Assembly (NCBI GenBank): GCA_045118335.1
Contig: JBGUXY010000053.1
Coordinates: forward strand, 19,365 to 83,364
Source of the DNA: Eggerthellaceae bacterium
GTDB taxonomy: Bacteria; Actinomycetota; Coriobacteriia; Coriobacteriales; Eggerthellaceae
Length of the DNA stretch: 64,000 bases
Direction: 5' to 3'
The position numbers and the translations under genes are program-made. The notes under the pieces are model-generated. The model saw only the letters and a list, made by a program, of their open reading frames with translations. It made no database searches and was not told the DNA's origin. Every line of letters starts with the position of its first letter. Within the stretch, counting starts at the first letter, position 1. This document shows, piece by piece, positions 35,753 to 45,701 of this stretch.

Positions 35753-37630
35753 ATGGATGCCATTCGGTTCGACGACATACACTTCACGTACACGGGCGAG
35801 GAATTCGTGCTCAAAGGCATATCAGCTTCCGTGCGCGAAGGTGAATTCGTATGCATCTTGGGTGGCAACGGCAGCGGCAAGAGCACGCTTGCAAAGCATG
35901 TGAATGCCCTGCTTGCCCCCGACCAGGGCAGTGTGCAGGTGCTGGGTCGCCAGACGAACGACCCCGAGAACCTGTATTTCATCCGCAGCAATGCCGGCAT
36001 GGTATTCCAGAACCCCGACGACCAGCTGGTGGCGAGTCTCATCGAAAACGACGTGGCATTTGGCCCTGAAAACCTGGGTGTGCCCATGCCCGAATTGCGC
36101 CAGCGCGTAATCGAAGCGCTGGCGCAAGTTGGCCTGCAGGGCTTCGAACGCAAGGAAACCAATGCGCTTTCCGGTGGGCAGAAGCAACGCGTGGCCATTG
36201 CCGGCGTGCTGGCCATGAAACCAAAGATCTTGGTGCTTGACGAAGCTTCGGCGATGCTTGACCCCCGCGGGCGCGCCGGTCTGATGCGCGTATGCCGCGA
36301 ACTCAACGAGGCAGGCATGACCATCGTCATGATCACTCACTTCATGGAAGAGGTGGTCAATGCGGATCGCGTGTTCGTGCTCGACGACGGTTGCATTGCG
36401 CTGGAGGGAACGCCTGAAGAGGTGCTCACCCAGGCGAAGGAACTCGAAGCCCTTTCGTTGGATGTGCCGTTTTCCGTCAAGGCGAGCCTCGCATTGCGTG
36501 ATGCTGGGGTTCCCGTTGGGGTGCATGCCTCCGAAGATGACCTTATTGCCGATCTGATAGCGCTGTTCGAAACTCGAGTTGCACGCGGTGCTTTTGCCGC
36601 TGGCCGCGATTGCGTACAAGCAGACGCCCCCATTGCCGATGAACTGGCGTCGAAGAACGCTAAACCTATTAATCTAAACGATTCCACCGAGCATGCGGTA
36701 CTTGTCGAATTCTGCGATGTGGGTTTTACCTATCAGCATGCTGCAACGCGCAAGCGTGCGCGCAAACGCAAGAAGGTGGAAACGCGAGCGGATTGGGGTA
36801 ACAGTCCCGATGCCATGTGGGCATTGCGAAATGTGAGTTTTCAGCTGCACGAAGGCGAGTTCTTCGGCATTGCGGGGCATACGGGCAGCGGCAAGAGCAC
36901 GCTCATCCAGCACGTGAACGGCTTGCTTGCGCCTGCCGAAGGTCGCGTGCTTGTCAACGGCCAGCCGGTGGCTGGGCCGGATGCTGCTGCCCGATCGGGC
37001 GTGGGCATGGTCTTCCAGTATCCCGAACATCAGCTGTTTGCCGCCACGGTGTTCGAGGATGTCACGTTTGGCCCACGCAACCTGGGCTGCAACGACGAGC
37101 AGATGCAGCAACGCTACGAACGGGCAATGCGTCGCGTCGATCTTGATGCGGGGGCGTTGCGAGACGCAAATCCCTTCGAGCTATCCGGGGGGCAGCAACG
37201 CCGAGTGGCGTTTGCGGGCGTTCTTGCCATGGAACCCACGATGCTCGTGCTCGATGAGCCCGTGGCAGGGTTGGACCCGAAGGCGCGCGAAGACTTCCTT
37301 CGGCTTATCTGGCGGTTGCATCAGGAGCAGGGTCTTACGGTGGTGATGGTTTCCCACAACATGGACGACTTGGCCCGGCTCTGCTCGCGTGTCTTGGTGT
37401 TGAATCAGGGAAAGGTGCATGCGCTTGGTACGCCGGCCGATGTGTTCGCCGATGGCGTCGAATTGAAATCGATAGGGTTGGGCCAACCCGCCGCTCAGCG
37501 CATGGCCAGCGCTCTCCAGGACGTCGGAATCGCAATTGGCCAACCTGATGGTCTGTTCGCCTTGGGAACGCTTGCGGATGCCATAGCTGTTGCATGGAAG
37601 CAGGCTCGGGGTGGTGCCGAGCATGAATGA
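35753..37630 (+). CDS. ecfA: ECF transporter ATPase, fused EcfA1-EcfA2 (two ABC ATPase domains)
   Basis: Two Walker A sites (GGNGSGKST, GHTGSGKST), two signatures (LSGGQKQRVAIAG, LSGGQQRRVAFAG) and two Walker B sites (LVLDEASA, LVLDEPVA) in one 625-aa ORF. Confidence 0.9.
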   Translation: MDAIRFDDIHFTYTGEEFVLKGISASVREGEFVCILGGNGSGKSTLAKHVNALLAPDQGSVQVLGRQTNDPENLYFIRSNAGMVFQNPDDQLVASLIENDVAFGPENLGVPMPELRQRVIEALAQVGLQGFERKETNALSGGQKQRVAIAGVLAMKPKILVLDEASAMLDPRGRAGLMRVCRELNEAGMTIVMITHFMEEVVNADRVFVLDDGCIALEGTPEEVLTQAKELEALSLDVPFSVKASLALRDAGVPVGVHASEDDLIADLIALFETRVARGAFAAGRDCVQADAPIADELASKNAKPINLNDSTEHAVLVEFCDVGFTYQHAATRKRARKRKKVETRADWGNSPDAMWALRNVSFQLHEGEFFGIAGHTGSGKSTLIQHVNGLLAPAEGRVLVNGQPVAGPDAAARSGVGMVFQYPEHQLFAATVFEDVTFGPRNLGCNDEQMQQRYERAMRRVDLDAGALRDANPFELSGGQQRRVAFAGVLAMEPTMLVLDEPVAGLDPKAREDFLRLIWRLHQEQGLTVVMVSHNMDDLARLCSRVLVLNQGKVHALGTPADVFADGVELKSIGLGQPAAQRMASALQDVGIAIGQPDGLFALGTLADAIAVAWKQARGGAEHE

Positions 37631-38423
37631 TGCATTGCTGGGCAAGTACTATGCTGTCGACAGCTTTGTCCATGGGCTCGATCCACGCATCAAGATAACC
37701 TGTGTGTTCGCCACGATGATTATCGTGCTTGCTTCGGGAAGCTATGCGGCTATGGGCGTGTGCGCGCTTTTCGTTGCCGTGGCGTTCGCCGTTGCGCGGA
37801 TCCCATTCGGGCAGGCATGGCACTCCATTGCCCCCTTGATGTTCATCGTCGTCATCACGGCCATCATCAACATCTTCTTCGAACACGACGGGGCGGTGGT
37901 GGCCAAGCTTGGCCCCATCGTCATCAACGAAGGCGGATTGAACATGGCGCTGTTCATGGCCATACGTCTGACGCTCGTGCTGTTTGCCGCAAGTCTGCTC
38001 ACGCTTACAACCACCATTCTCGATATAACCGACGGTTTGGAAAGCATGCTGCGTCCGCTTGCGCGAATCGGGTTCCCCGCGCACGAGTTCGCCATGATAC
38101 TGGGCATCGCCTTGCGCTTTCTGCCACAGTTCGTCCAAGAGATTGGCATCATACGTTCGGCGCAGGCATCGCGCGGGGCAAAATTCAGCGCCAACGTCTT
38201 CCGAGGTGGGCTCCAGAGCTTGGCAAGCTTGATGGTTCCCCTGTTCACAAGTGCTTTTCGTCATGCGGAAACCCTCTCTGGAGCCATGGAGGCCCGATGC
38301 TATCACGGTGGGGAGGGCCGCACGAAGCTGGTGCCGTTTCGTCTACGTGGCGCCGACGCTGTTGCCGCAATGTTCGTAATCGCCATGGTTGCCTGCGTGG
38401 TGGTTGTGCGGGTCGCGTTGTAG
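37623..38423 (+). CDS. ecfT: ECF transporter transmembrane component EcfT
   Basis: Track ORF 37590..38423. ATG 37623 overlaps the ecfA stop (ATGAATGA). YYAVDSFVHGLDPRIKI and ARGA/ETLSGAMEARCY motifs. Confidence 0.9.
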   Translation: MNDALLGKYYAVDSFVHGLDPRIKITCVFATMIIVLASGSYAAMGVCALFVAVAFAVARIPFGQAWHSIAPLMFIVVITAIINIFFEHDGAVVAKLGPIVINEGGLNMALFMAIRLTLVLFAASLLTLTTTILDITDGLESMLRPLARIGFPAHEFAMILGIALRFLPQFVQEIGIIRSAQASRGAKFSANVFRGGLQSLASLMVPLFTSAFRHAETLSGAMEARCYHGGEGRTKLVPFRLRGADAVAAMFVIAMVACVVVVRVAL

Positions 38424-38615
38424 CGCGATGCATGACGCAGTCCGCGTCGATGCGAACCAGATCGACGCTTTCGGTTATTGGGTCTATGGGCGAGGGTTGC
38501 ATTGCCGATTGCGCCAAAAATGGCAACCCGCCAGGCAGTAGTTGTACAACCATTGCGATAGTGCGTGTGGTATCTTCTTGGCGTTCGAAAAGCAATGCAG
38601 GTGGGAGGATACGTC

Positions 38616-39563
38616 GTGACGGCAAGAGACAATAGGACCGGGGAGGCGGCTTTGGGTCTGCAGAGGCGTTTAGCCTTGAGCGTTGTGGCGACTGCCCTGG
38701 CTCTGGTGGCGATGGCACTGCTGTTGGTTGGCCTCTGTTCGTGCAGCCCGAAAAGCGATGGCGAAACGCAGACCGTCGTCTTGGAAGCACCGTCAGAGAG
38801 CGCAGATGAGGCCGAAGAGGTCGAGAAGGCCGATGAAGCTGAAGAAAGCCAACCCGACGAGTCGACAGAGGTCACGTCTTTCACGTCGGTTGAAAGCGCT
38901 GCCGAAGAATCCTCGCCCGAGCCCGAGCCTGAGCCCGAAGTGGCCAGCTCGGCCATCGACCTGAGCGACCCTGCCCAGTATCAGCAAGTCAACTTGTTCC
39001 TAAGCAACTTCTCGGAAGTTTACCTTCTCGAAAACCCCCTCATCGTCGAAACGGCTGACGATGTGACGCTGTGCAGTTTTGCCTTGTGGCACACCTATCG
39101 CAACTCGCCCGACATCATCGAGCATGGCGAGTACTACCAGGGCTTGTATCACTACAACATCCGCATCACGCAAGAGCGCGCCAACGAGATTGCGCTGCGC
39201 TATTTCAACCGCACCATCAACTTCGACAACGTGGACAGCATGGACGAACCGTGCTACTGCGCCGATGGCTGCGTGTACGGCGAGACCACCAACGGTGCTG
39301 GCCTGCCCGCGGGCATTACACTCGCGAAAAGCGCTGTCGATCAGGGCAATGGCACCATTCGCATCGACTTCGACATCTACTTCAACGCCACGAAATACGA
39401 CGCTACGGATGTGAGTCTCTACGGCATGTCTCCCGACGAGCTCATGAGTTACATGGGCGCTTCGGGTCCCAGTCGTACGGGTTCGGCTCTCGTGTACTAT
39501 GGCGATTACAACGAGTATACGGGTGGCCTATATCTGGCGTCCTGGCGGGCCGACGCGGTATAG
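38616..39563 (+). CDS. Signal-anchored or lipoprotein-like secreted protein, unknown function
   Basis: Track ORF 38565..39563. GTG 38616 lies 6 nt after GGGAGGA. Hydrophobic signal ending LLLVGLCSC, then an acidic linker and a globular domain. Confidence 0.6.
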   Translation: MTARDNRTGEAALGLQRRLALSVVATALALVAMALLLVGLCSCSPKSDGETQTVVLEAPSESADEAEEVEKADEAEESQPDESTEVTSFTSVESAAEESSPEPEPEPEVASSAIDLSDPAQYQQVNLFLSNFSEVYLLENPLIVETADDVTLCSFALWHTYRNSPDIIEHGEYYQGLYHYNIRITQERANEIALRYFNRTINFDNVDSMDEPCYCADGCVYGETTNGAGLPAGITLAKSAVDQGNGTIRIDFDIYFNATKYDATDVSLYGMSPDELMSYMGASGPSRTGSALVYYGDYNEYTGGLYLASWRADAV

Positions 39564-39755
39564 CGGCACCTGGGGGCTTTGCAATTCGGCGTGACGGTTG
39601 AAAAGAGCCTTTGGGAAGCAATGGTCTTGTGTGCCTTGCTGCACTCTATTGGGAAGAAATAATATTTTGGGCAACTTTTGCTCTACGTCCGACATGGTGG
39701 GTGCTGCCCGTCTCCTTATGGTATAAAGCACTGCGGAAGAACCGAAGGAGGCGCC

Positions 39756-41021
39756 ATGCGAGACCATTCCAGGCATGTTTCCGTAACCCGCTGGGAAGCG
39801 GTGGACACTATGCTTTCCCATTGCAAATTCCATCCTGAAGTCGAAGTGGTGAGCGTGTCCCAGTCCGTGGGTCGCGTGCTCGCGCGTGACGCGGTTGCCC
39901 AGCAGGATATGCCCAACTGCCTGACCTGCGCCATGGATTCGGTTGCCGTGCACTGGTCGGATTTCGCAGATGGCATGCCCGACACCTCGACGTGGGAACG
40001 CGGCGTGCAGTGGGAGTTTGCCAACACGGGCGTGGGCATGCCGGAGGGTTTCGATACGGCCATCGTGGTCGAGCATGTGATGTTCAGCGAAAACGATACG
40101 CGCGTGGCGTTCGACGCCATGCCGTCTGGCCAGTTTGCGGGCACTATACCCGCTGGAAGTCGCATGCATGCAGGTGACGTTCTCGTTTCCGCGGGAACGA
40201 TGGTTACCCCTCTTCTGGCGGCTTATATCGCAAGTGGCAACAACGTTGCGGTCCGCGTCGTCCGCAGGCCGCGGGTGGCATTTATCCCCACAGGCAACGA
40301 GCTCGTCGACGCTGGGGGCGAAACGCCGCGGGGCAAGAACATCGAAAGCAACAGCTTGCTCATGGCGGGCAAGATCGAACAATGGGGTGGCGAAGCGGTG
40401 CTCTTCGGCATCGTGCCCGATAACCGCGATTCCCTTGCGGCTGCTCTGCGGGATGCGGCAGCGTGTGCCGATATCATCGTCTTGAACGCCGGCTCTTCAA
40501 AGGGTTCAGACGATTACTGCATCGAAGTGCTAGAAGAGATGGGAGAGGTCTTCAACCACGAGACGAACCACGGTCCTGGCCATCACAGTTCCTTTGGCAT
40601 GATCGGCGGCGTGCCGGTGGTGGGCATTTCCGGCCCTCCGGGTGGCGCTGCGTTCACCACCGACTTCTACCTGTATCCGGTCATGTGCGCATTTCTGGGT
40701 TTGCCCACCGCTCCCAAAACGGTTCGCGCCCGCCTGGCCGAAGCCTTCCCTGGACCGAAGGTGAAACATATCGACAACAGCAATCTGCCCGCAGAGAAGC
40801 GGCCGAAGGATACCGGATCTTTTTTCAGCGTTCGTCAGATGATCGTGTCGCAAGCCGAAGATGGCGTGCTCGAGGCAAGGCCGCTGGCGGGCATGCATCC
40901 CAAGCCTCCGGTGGCCGAAACGGCAAACGCTTACTACTTCCTGGACGCTTCCAGCGGAGTTCCGACTCCCGATGCGGGATCGTTCATTGACGTGGAGTTT
41001 CGTCCGGGTTTCGGCTTGTAG
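39756..41021 (+). CDS. MoeA-family molybdopterin-binding / molybdotransferase-like protein
   Basis: Track ORF 39678..41021. ATG 39756 lies 5 nt after GAAGGAGG. VAFIPTGNELV ... NSLLMAGKIEQWGGE ... ADIIVLNAGSSKGSDDY ... GVPVVGISGPPGGA. Confidence 0.7.
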   Translation: MRDHSRHVSVTRWEAVDTMLSHCKFHPEVEVVSVSQSVGRVLARDAVAQQDMPNCLTCAMDSVAVHWSDFADGMPDTSTWERGVQWEFANTGVGMPEGFDTAIVVEHVMFSENDTRVAFDAMPSGQFAGTIPAGSRMHAGDVLVSAGTMVTPLLAAYIASGNNVAVRVVRRPRVAFIPTGNELVDAGGETPRGKNIESNSLLMAGKIEQWGGEAVLFGIVPDNRDSLAAALRDAAACADIIVLNAGSSKGSDDYCIEVLEEMGEVFNHETNHGPGHHSSFGMIGGVPVVGISGPPGGAAFTTDFYLYPVMCAFLGLPTAPKTVRARLAEAFPGPKVKHIDNSNLPAEKRPKDTGSFFSVRQMIVSQAEDGVLEARPLAGMHPKPPVAETANAYYFLDASSGVPTPDAGSFIDVEFRPGFGL

Positions 41022-41134
41022 CTGCTTGGCGAGAGCGTTATACTACGCCTGCTCGTGCACCGTTGGGCCCTGTGCGAGCGTGAAGATTCGTTGCCCATAG
41101 CCCGTGGCAGAAGCCATGTGGAAAGGAGTTCTCC

Positions 41135-41812
41135 ATGATGAAGGAAGCAGTGCCTTCCCCTAAGGAAGCTGCGCCCGAAACCCACGCTGCCGGTGCCAAG
41201 GTCGCCGCGGCGAAACCAAGAGGCGAAGCGTCGGGCGCGAAAGTTGACCCGCATACACGCAGCATAGCCCGAGCTGGCGTTATTGCCGCCGTGTACGCCG
41301 CAGCAACGATCGTGGCCATGTTTTTCCTTCAAGGCCTCGCTTGGGGGCCGGTGCAGTGCCGAGTTTCCGAAGCAGTGTGCGTCGTTGCCGTCCTTTCCGC
41401 GCCGGCGGTGCCGGGCCTTGTCATCGGCTGTATCATTGCGAACCTCGTCAACGTGGCTGTGAACGGCATGGGTGTGCTGGGCATGCTCGACGTGGTCTTT
41501 GGCAGCTTGGCAACGCTGTTGGGCTCGCTTTGGTGTCGCAAGTTCCGCAAGCGCCCGGCTCTTGCCATCTTCGGTTTCGTTCTTGCCAACGCGCTCATCG
41601 TGCCCGCATACCTGCCCATTCTGCTGCAGGGGCTGGGCTATTACAACATTCCGTTCACGAACGTTTCCCTCGATGGCATGTACCTGCCCATGTACCTGTT
41701 CGGCGTCGTCGCGGTGGGCATTGGGGAAGCGCTGGTCATCTACGTGTTGGGTTTGCCCCTATTGCGCGCTTTGCAGCGCTTCGGCATCGGCGAAACCCCC
41801 CAATCTCGCTAG
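41135..41812 (+). CDS. queT: QueT-family queuosine-precursor transporter (ECF S-component-like)
   Basis: SIARAGVIAAVYAAATIVAMFFLQGLAWGPVQCRVSEAVCVVAVL ... GMLDVVFGSLATLLGSL. GGAAAGGAG lies 6 nt upstream. Confidence 0.8.
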   Translation: MMKEAVPSPKEAAPETHAAGAKVAAAKPRGEASGAKVDPHTRSIARAGVIAAVYAAATIVAMFFLQGLAWGPVQCRVSEAVCVVAVLSAPAVPGLVIGCIIANLVNVAVNGMGVLGMLDVVFGSLATLLGSLWCRKFRKRPALAIFGFVLANALIVPAYLPILLQGLGYYNIPFTNVSLDGMYLPMYLFGVVAVGIGEALVIYVLGLPLLRALQRFGIGETPQSR

Positions 41813-42002
41813 CGCGAACGCCTGATGCGTCGCAGTTGCTGGCTGTGGCGAGTCTTTGCGGATGGGCATTCTGCGGCTAGGCTAGCGCGAACGCAATCAG
41901 TGGGATACAATTTCTGTGCACCGCACAAGGTGCTCTCTGGAGCAAGAAATGAAGCATGGCCTGCATTTGGGGTTTTGCAGGCCGGAAACGAAAAGAGAGT
42001 GC

Positions 42003-43307
42003 ATGAATCCTCTAGTTGTCATCCCCACGTACGTGTCCGCTCGCGGTAGACGCGAAAGCGACATGCCCACTGCCGTATACGACCACACCACACCGCTCGG
42101 TCGCGAAGGCGAATTGCCGCGTTGCCTCAAGTCACTCTCCCGTGTTCGCGGACTGGGCGCCATCGCCATCTTGGTGGCAGCCGAGCCGGGTGTCGAAGAC
42201 CGCGCTGCGGAAAAGGTTCGCAATATCGCAGCGCAGTTTCCGCAGATGAGCATTATGGTGGTTTCAAGCAAGGAGCTTGACATCATCCGGCGCCGCTTCG
42301 AGCAGCTCAACTTGGGCCGTCTGGAGTTCGAAGTCGGCCTTACCGGCTATTCGGCGATTCGCAACCTGGGTTTGGTGTTGGCCAACGTGCTGGGTTTCGA
42401 CAGCGTGGTGTTCGTTGACGACGACGAGATCATCGAAGATGGAGATTTCCTGATAAGGGGAATGTACGGCTTGGGAAAGCTCACGCGTCGCGGCATTCCC
42501 ATCTTGGCGAAGACGGGTTACTACATCAACGAAGAGGGCACGTACTTTTCCATGAGCCAAGACAAGTGGTACAACCGCTACTGGGAGCAGGGAAGTGCGT
42601 TCAACGAATGGATCGACGCGGCCATGCGTGGTCCGCGCCTTTCCCGCTCCAACCATGTGTGTGGCGGATGCCTGGCGATTCACAAGGAAGCGTTCAGGCG
42701 CTTGAGCTTCGATCCGTGGATCGTTCGCGGTGAAGACATGGACTATCTGCTGAACCTGCGTCTGTACGGTTCCGACATCTGGTTCGACAACCAGTGGAAG
42801 CTGCGCCATCTTCCCCCACGGACCACCAGCGAAGGCAGGCGTTTTAGGCAAGACGTCTACCGATGGCTCTACGAGTTCCGCAAGATGGAATACAGCCATA
42901 CGCAGATTGACTTGCAACAAGTAAAGCCCAGCTCACTCGAGCCTTATCCGGGCCCCTTCCTGGAGCCGGGCATCCAGAAGCGCATCAGGCGCACTGCATG
43001 GCTGCGCAGCTTGGGTTGTCCCGACAAGAAGGAATACCGCATTGCGGCGAAGGTCGCGAAAAACGAGGCAGCAGACTACGCGTCCGACAATTGCGTCAAG
43101 TACTTCGAGTTCCAGTACGTCTGGCCCGAGCTGATGGTGCGTACCGAATCGGACACGATCTTGCGAAACGCGCTGCTGCGCTCGGTCATTCGCAGTGCGG
43201 TAGGTGGCGCTGAAGGCGAGATGGACGAAGACTACCTGGTCGAAGCCCCCAGTTCGGCTATCGATCCGGGCGCTACGAGCGAAATTCGCATGAACGTGGC
43301 CGAATAA
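42003..43307 (+). CDS. GT-A-fold glycosyltransferase-like protein (DxD)
   Basis: Track ORF 41916..43307. MNPLVVIPTYV ... SVVFVDDDEII ... GGCLAIHKEAF ... RGEDMDY. The start is uncertain (ATG 41949 or 42003). Confidence 0.6.
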   Translation: MNPLVVIPTYVSARGRRESDMPTAVYDHTTPLGREGELPRCLKSLSRVRGLGAIAILVAAEPGVEDRAAEKVRNIAAQFPQMSIMVVSSKELDIIRRRFEQLNLGRLEFEVGLTGYSAIRNLGLVLANVLGFDSVVFVDDDEIIEDGDFLIRGMYGLGKLTRRGIPILAKTGYYINEEGTYFSMSQDKWYNRYWEQGSAFNEWIDAAMRGPRLSRSNHVCGGCLAIHKEAFRRLSFDPWIVRGEDMDYLLNLRLYGSDIWFDNQWKLRHLPPRTTSEGRRFRQDVYRWLYEFRKMEYSHTQIDLQQVKPSSLEPYPGPFLEPGIQKRIRRTAWLRSLGCPDKKEYRIAAKVAKNEAADYASDNCVKYFEFQYVWPELMVRTESDTILRNALLRSVIRSAVGGAEGEMDEDYLVEAPSSAIDPGATSEIRMNVAE

Positions 43308-43322
43308 CGACAGGGATCCCCC

Positions 43323-44123
43323 GTGATCATGTTGATCATATCCGCGATTATCGGCGTGTTCGTCGGCATGCTGTCGGGCATGCTGGGCGTGGGTGGCGGC
43401 ATGGTGATGATTCCCATTTTTCGTCTGGGCTTTGGCCTGCAGGCTCTTCAAGCTACGGCCACATCGCTGTTCGCCATCGTGCCCACGTCTGCTGCGGGTT
43501 TGGTCACGCACATTCGCAACAAGACGTGCTACCCGCGGTTGGGCATTGCAGCTGGAATCGGCGGGGCCATCACGTCGGTATTGGGCGTGCGGCTGGCGAA
43601 CATATCGCCATCGTGGATGGTCATGTTGGCAGCTGCGCTCGTCATAGGCTATTCGTCGGTGACGATGTTTCGCAAGGCGCTCGCCGTGCCCAAGCCGACT
43701 TCCAACAGTGCTGCGCCGGCGGGTGGCGAAGAAGCCGAAGATGACGTATTGCCCCGCGATAAGCTGGTGAAGGGTGCGGCAATTGGCTTGATTGCAGGCG
43801 TGGCCGGCGGCTATGTAGGTGTGGGTGGCGGTTTCATCATGATTCCCATGTTCATTACGCTGTTGGGCACGAGCATGAAAAGGGCATCGGGGACATCGCT
43901 TATCGCCATTTGCATTCTGGCTGTTCCAGGCGTGATTAGCCAGCTAATGCTGGGAAACGTGGTGGTGATTGCCGGAGCGGCCATGGCTGCTGGAGCCATT
44001 CCCGGTGCGATTGTGGGTGCCAACCTGACGCGCCGAATTCCCGAGCGCAAGTTGAGGTTTGTTTTCGCCGTTTTGCTCCTATTCGCTGCTATCATGCTAG
44101 TAGTGAACGAGCTGCATTCCTGA
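43323..44123 (+). CDS. TauE/SafE-family anion exporter membrane protein
   Basis: GMLSGMLGVGGGMVMIPIF, repeated in the second half as GYVGVGGGFIMIPMF. Confidence 0.85.
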   Translation: MIMLIISAIIGVFVGMLSGMLGVGGGMVMIPIFRLGFGLQALQATATSLFAIVPTSAAGLVTHIRNKTCYPRLGIAAGIGGAITSVLGVRLANISPSWMVMLAAALVIGYSSVTMFRKALAVPKPTSNSAAPAGGEEAEDDVLPRDKLVKGAAIGLIAGVAGGYVGVGGGFIMIPMFITLLGTSMKRASGTSLIAICILAVPGVISQLMLGNVVVIAGAAMAAGAIPGAIVGANLTRRIPERKLRFVFAVLLLFAAIMLVVNELHS

Positions 44124-44245
44124 GGTCGATGAACAGGCGTAAGCGCCTAGTCGACCCTAAATCGCCGAATGGTGGCTTCGGCTCGGGATGCGCAACTTCA
44201 AGAGTTTCCGTATGGGTTCGCGTACCGTGAACGATAGGAGATGAC

Positions 44246-45565
44246 ATGAGGCTATGGCTATCGAGGAAGACGATCAACAGGATTTCAGAGGTGGTCCTGC
44301 TCATCGTGGCGGCTATTGCAGGTGGCGTTCTCATAGGGTACAACTTCAGGACCGCCGACAGCAACATCGTGCAATTCGGTGCAGGTGCCGCGTTCACGCT
44401 CAGCCTCATCCTGGTCATTCGCATGTGGCTCGACCCCGATCAGGTGCGTGCCCGTCAATCCGATACCATGTTGGGGCTTGCCAGCAAAACGTTTTACGCA
44501 ATTCGCAGCGGCCTCAACGCGAAAAACGCCCAGAAGGTGTGCGACATCTTACTGCCAGCTACCGACGCCATTGCCGTGGCGATAACAGACAGCAAGGTGA
44601 TCTTGGGATATGCAGGCGTCGACAAGGACCTCAACATCACGGGTGAGCCCATACGCACTTCGTCGACGATGCAAGTTATCGAAGATGGGCAGATCCGAGT
44701 GCTCTACACTGCAGACGAAATCGGGTTTCCCGTTGAGCGTGGCAAGATAAACGCCGCCATCATCACGCCTTTGCTCGTGTCTGATGAACCGGTTGGAACG
44801 CTGAAGTTCTACTATCCGAAGGCGAGCAAGGTAACCGAAACCCAGCAGTCCATCGCACGCGGCTTTAGCGACCTCATCTCCACCCAGATAGCAGCCTCTG
44901 CCTTGGAAGAGCAGAAGAAGCTTGCCACCTCTATGGAGCTCAAAGCGCTTCAATACCAGATCAACCCGCATTTCCTATTCAACACGATCAACACCATCTC
45001 GTCGTTCATCCGCACCGACCCGGCCAAGGCGCGTGTGCTGTTGCGCGAATTCGCCACGTTCTACCGTCGGGCGCTCGAGGATTCGAAGGACATGATCGCC
45101 CTTGCGCGCGAAGTGGACCAGACGGCACGGTACCTGCAGTTCGAAATCGCTCGCTTTGGCGAAGACCGCCTAGCGCTTACCGTTGATGTACCCGAAGACC
45201 TGGCAGAGCTTTCCGTGCCGGCCTTCATGATACAGCCGCTTGTCGAAAACAGCGTGCGCCATGCGATGCCGAGCACCGGTTGCCTGCACATCACCATCTC
45301 TGCTACCAGGGAAAACGATGACGATCTGGCCATATCCGTTGCCGATGATGGCGTGGGCATGAACGAGGAAGCATTGGCGAAGATCAAGTCGCCCGGTGCG
45401 AGCTCGGACAACCTCGGCATTGCGGTGAAAAACATCAACGATCGCATCCATGGCTTCTACGGACCCGATTCGCACATGTTCATCGAAAGCACCGAAGGGG
45501 TTGGCACCAAGACCACCTTGTACTTGGAGCACGGCTGCACCACTCACGCTGCCATGCCCCAATAG
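44246..45565 (+). CDS. LytS/YehU-type sensor histidine kinase (2 TM + GAF-like + His_kinase + HATPase)
   Basis: LKALQYQINPHFLFNTINTISSFIRTDP, the PF06580-type H-box, then FMIQPLVENSVRHA and DDGVGM. Confidence 0.85.
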   Translation: MRLWLSRKTINRISEVVLLIVAAIAGGVLIGYNFRTADSNIVQFGAGAAFTLSLILVIRMWLDPDQVRARQSDTMLGLASKTFYAIRSGLNAKNAQKVCDILLPATDAIAVAITDSKVILGYAGVDKDLNITGEPIRTSSTMQVIEDGQIRVLYTADEIGFPVERGKINAAIITPLLVSDEPVGTLKFYYPKASKVTETQQSIARGFSDLISTQIAASALEEQKKLATSMELKALQYQINPHFLFNTINTISSFIRTDPAKARVLLREFATFYRRALEDSKDMIALAREVDQTARYLQFEIARFGEDRLALTVDVPEDLAELSVPAFMIQPLVENSVRHAMPSTGCLHITISATRENDDDLAISVADDGVGMNEEALAKIKSPGASSDNLGIAVKNINDRIHGFYGPDSHMFIESTEGVGTKTTLYLEHGCTTHAAMPQ

Positions 45566-45677
45566 CACCTTAACGGGTGATGGGAAGTTGCGCCGGCGCT
45601 TAGCCGCCTCACGCCTCAAGCAGCTAGTCAGCCTTCGTTTCTTGCTTCCCGCGATGCGTGCCTGACGTCGTGGGTCT

Positions 45678-45701
45678 GGGATTACCCCAAGGGGTAATCC
45701 C
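45678..45701. repeat. Perfect 11-bp-arm palindrome in the kinase-regulator spacer
   Basis: GGGATTACCCC-AA-GGGGTAATCCC. Confidence 0.8.

Noticed and set aside
41022-41134. preQ1 riboswitch upstream of queT
   Set aside because: It lacks the A-rich tail and the conserved preQ1-I/II cores, so nothing is recognisable by eye.
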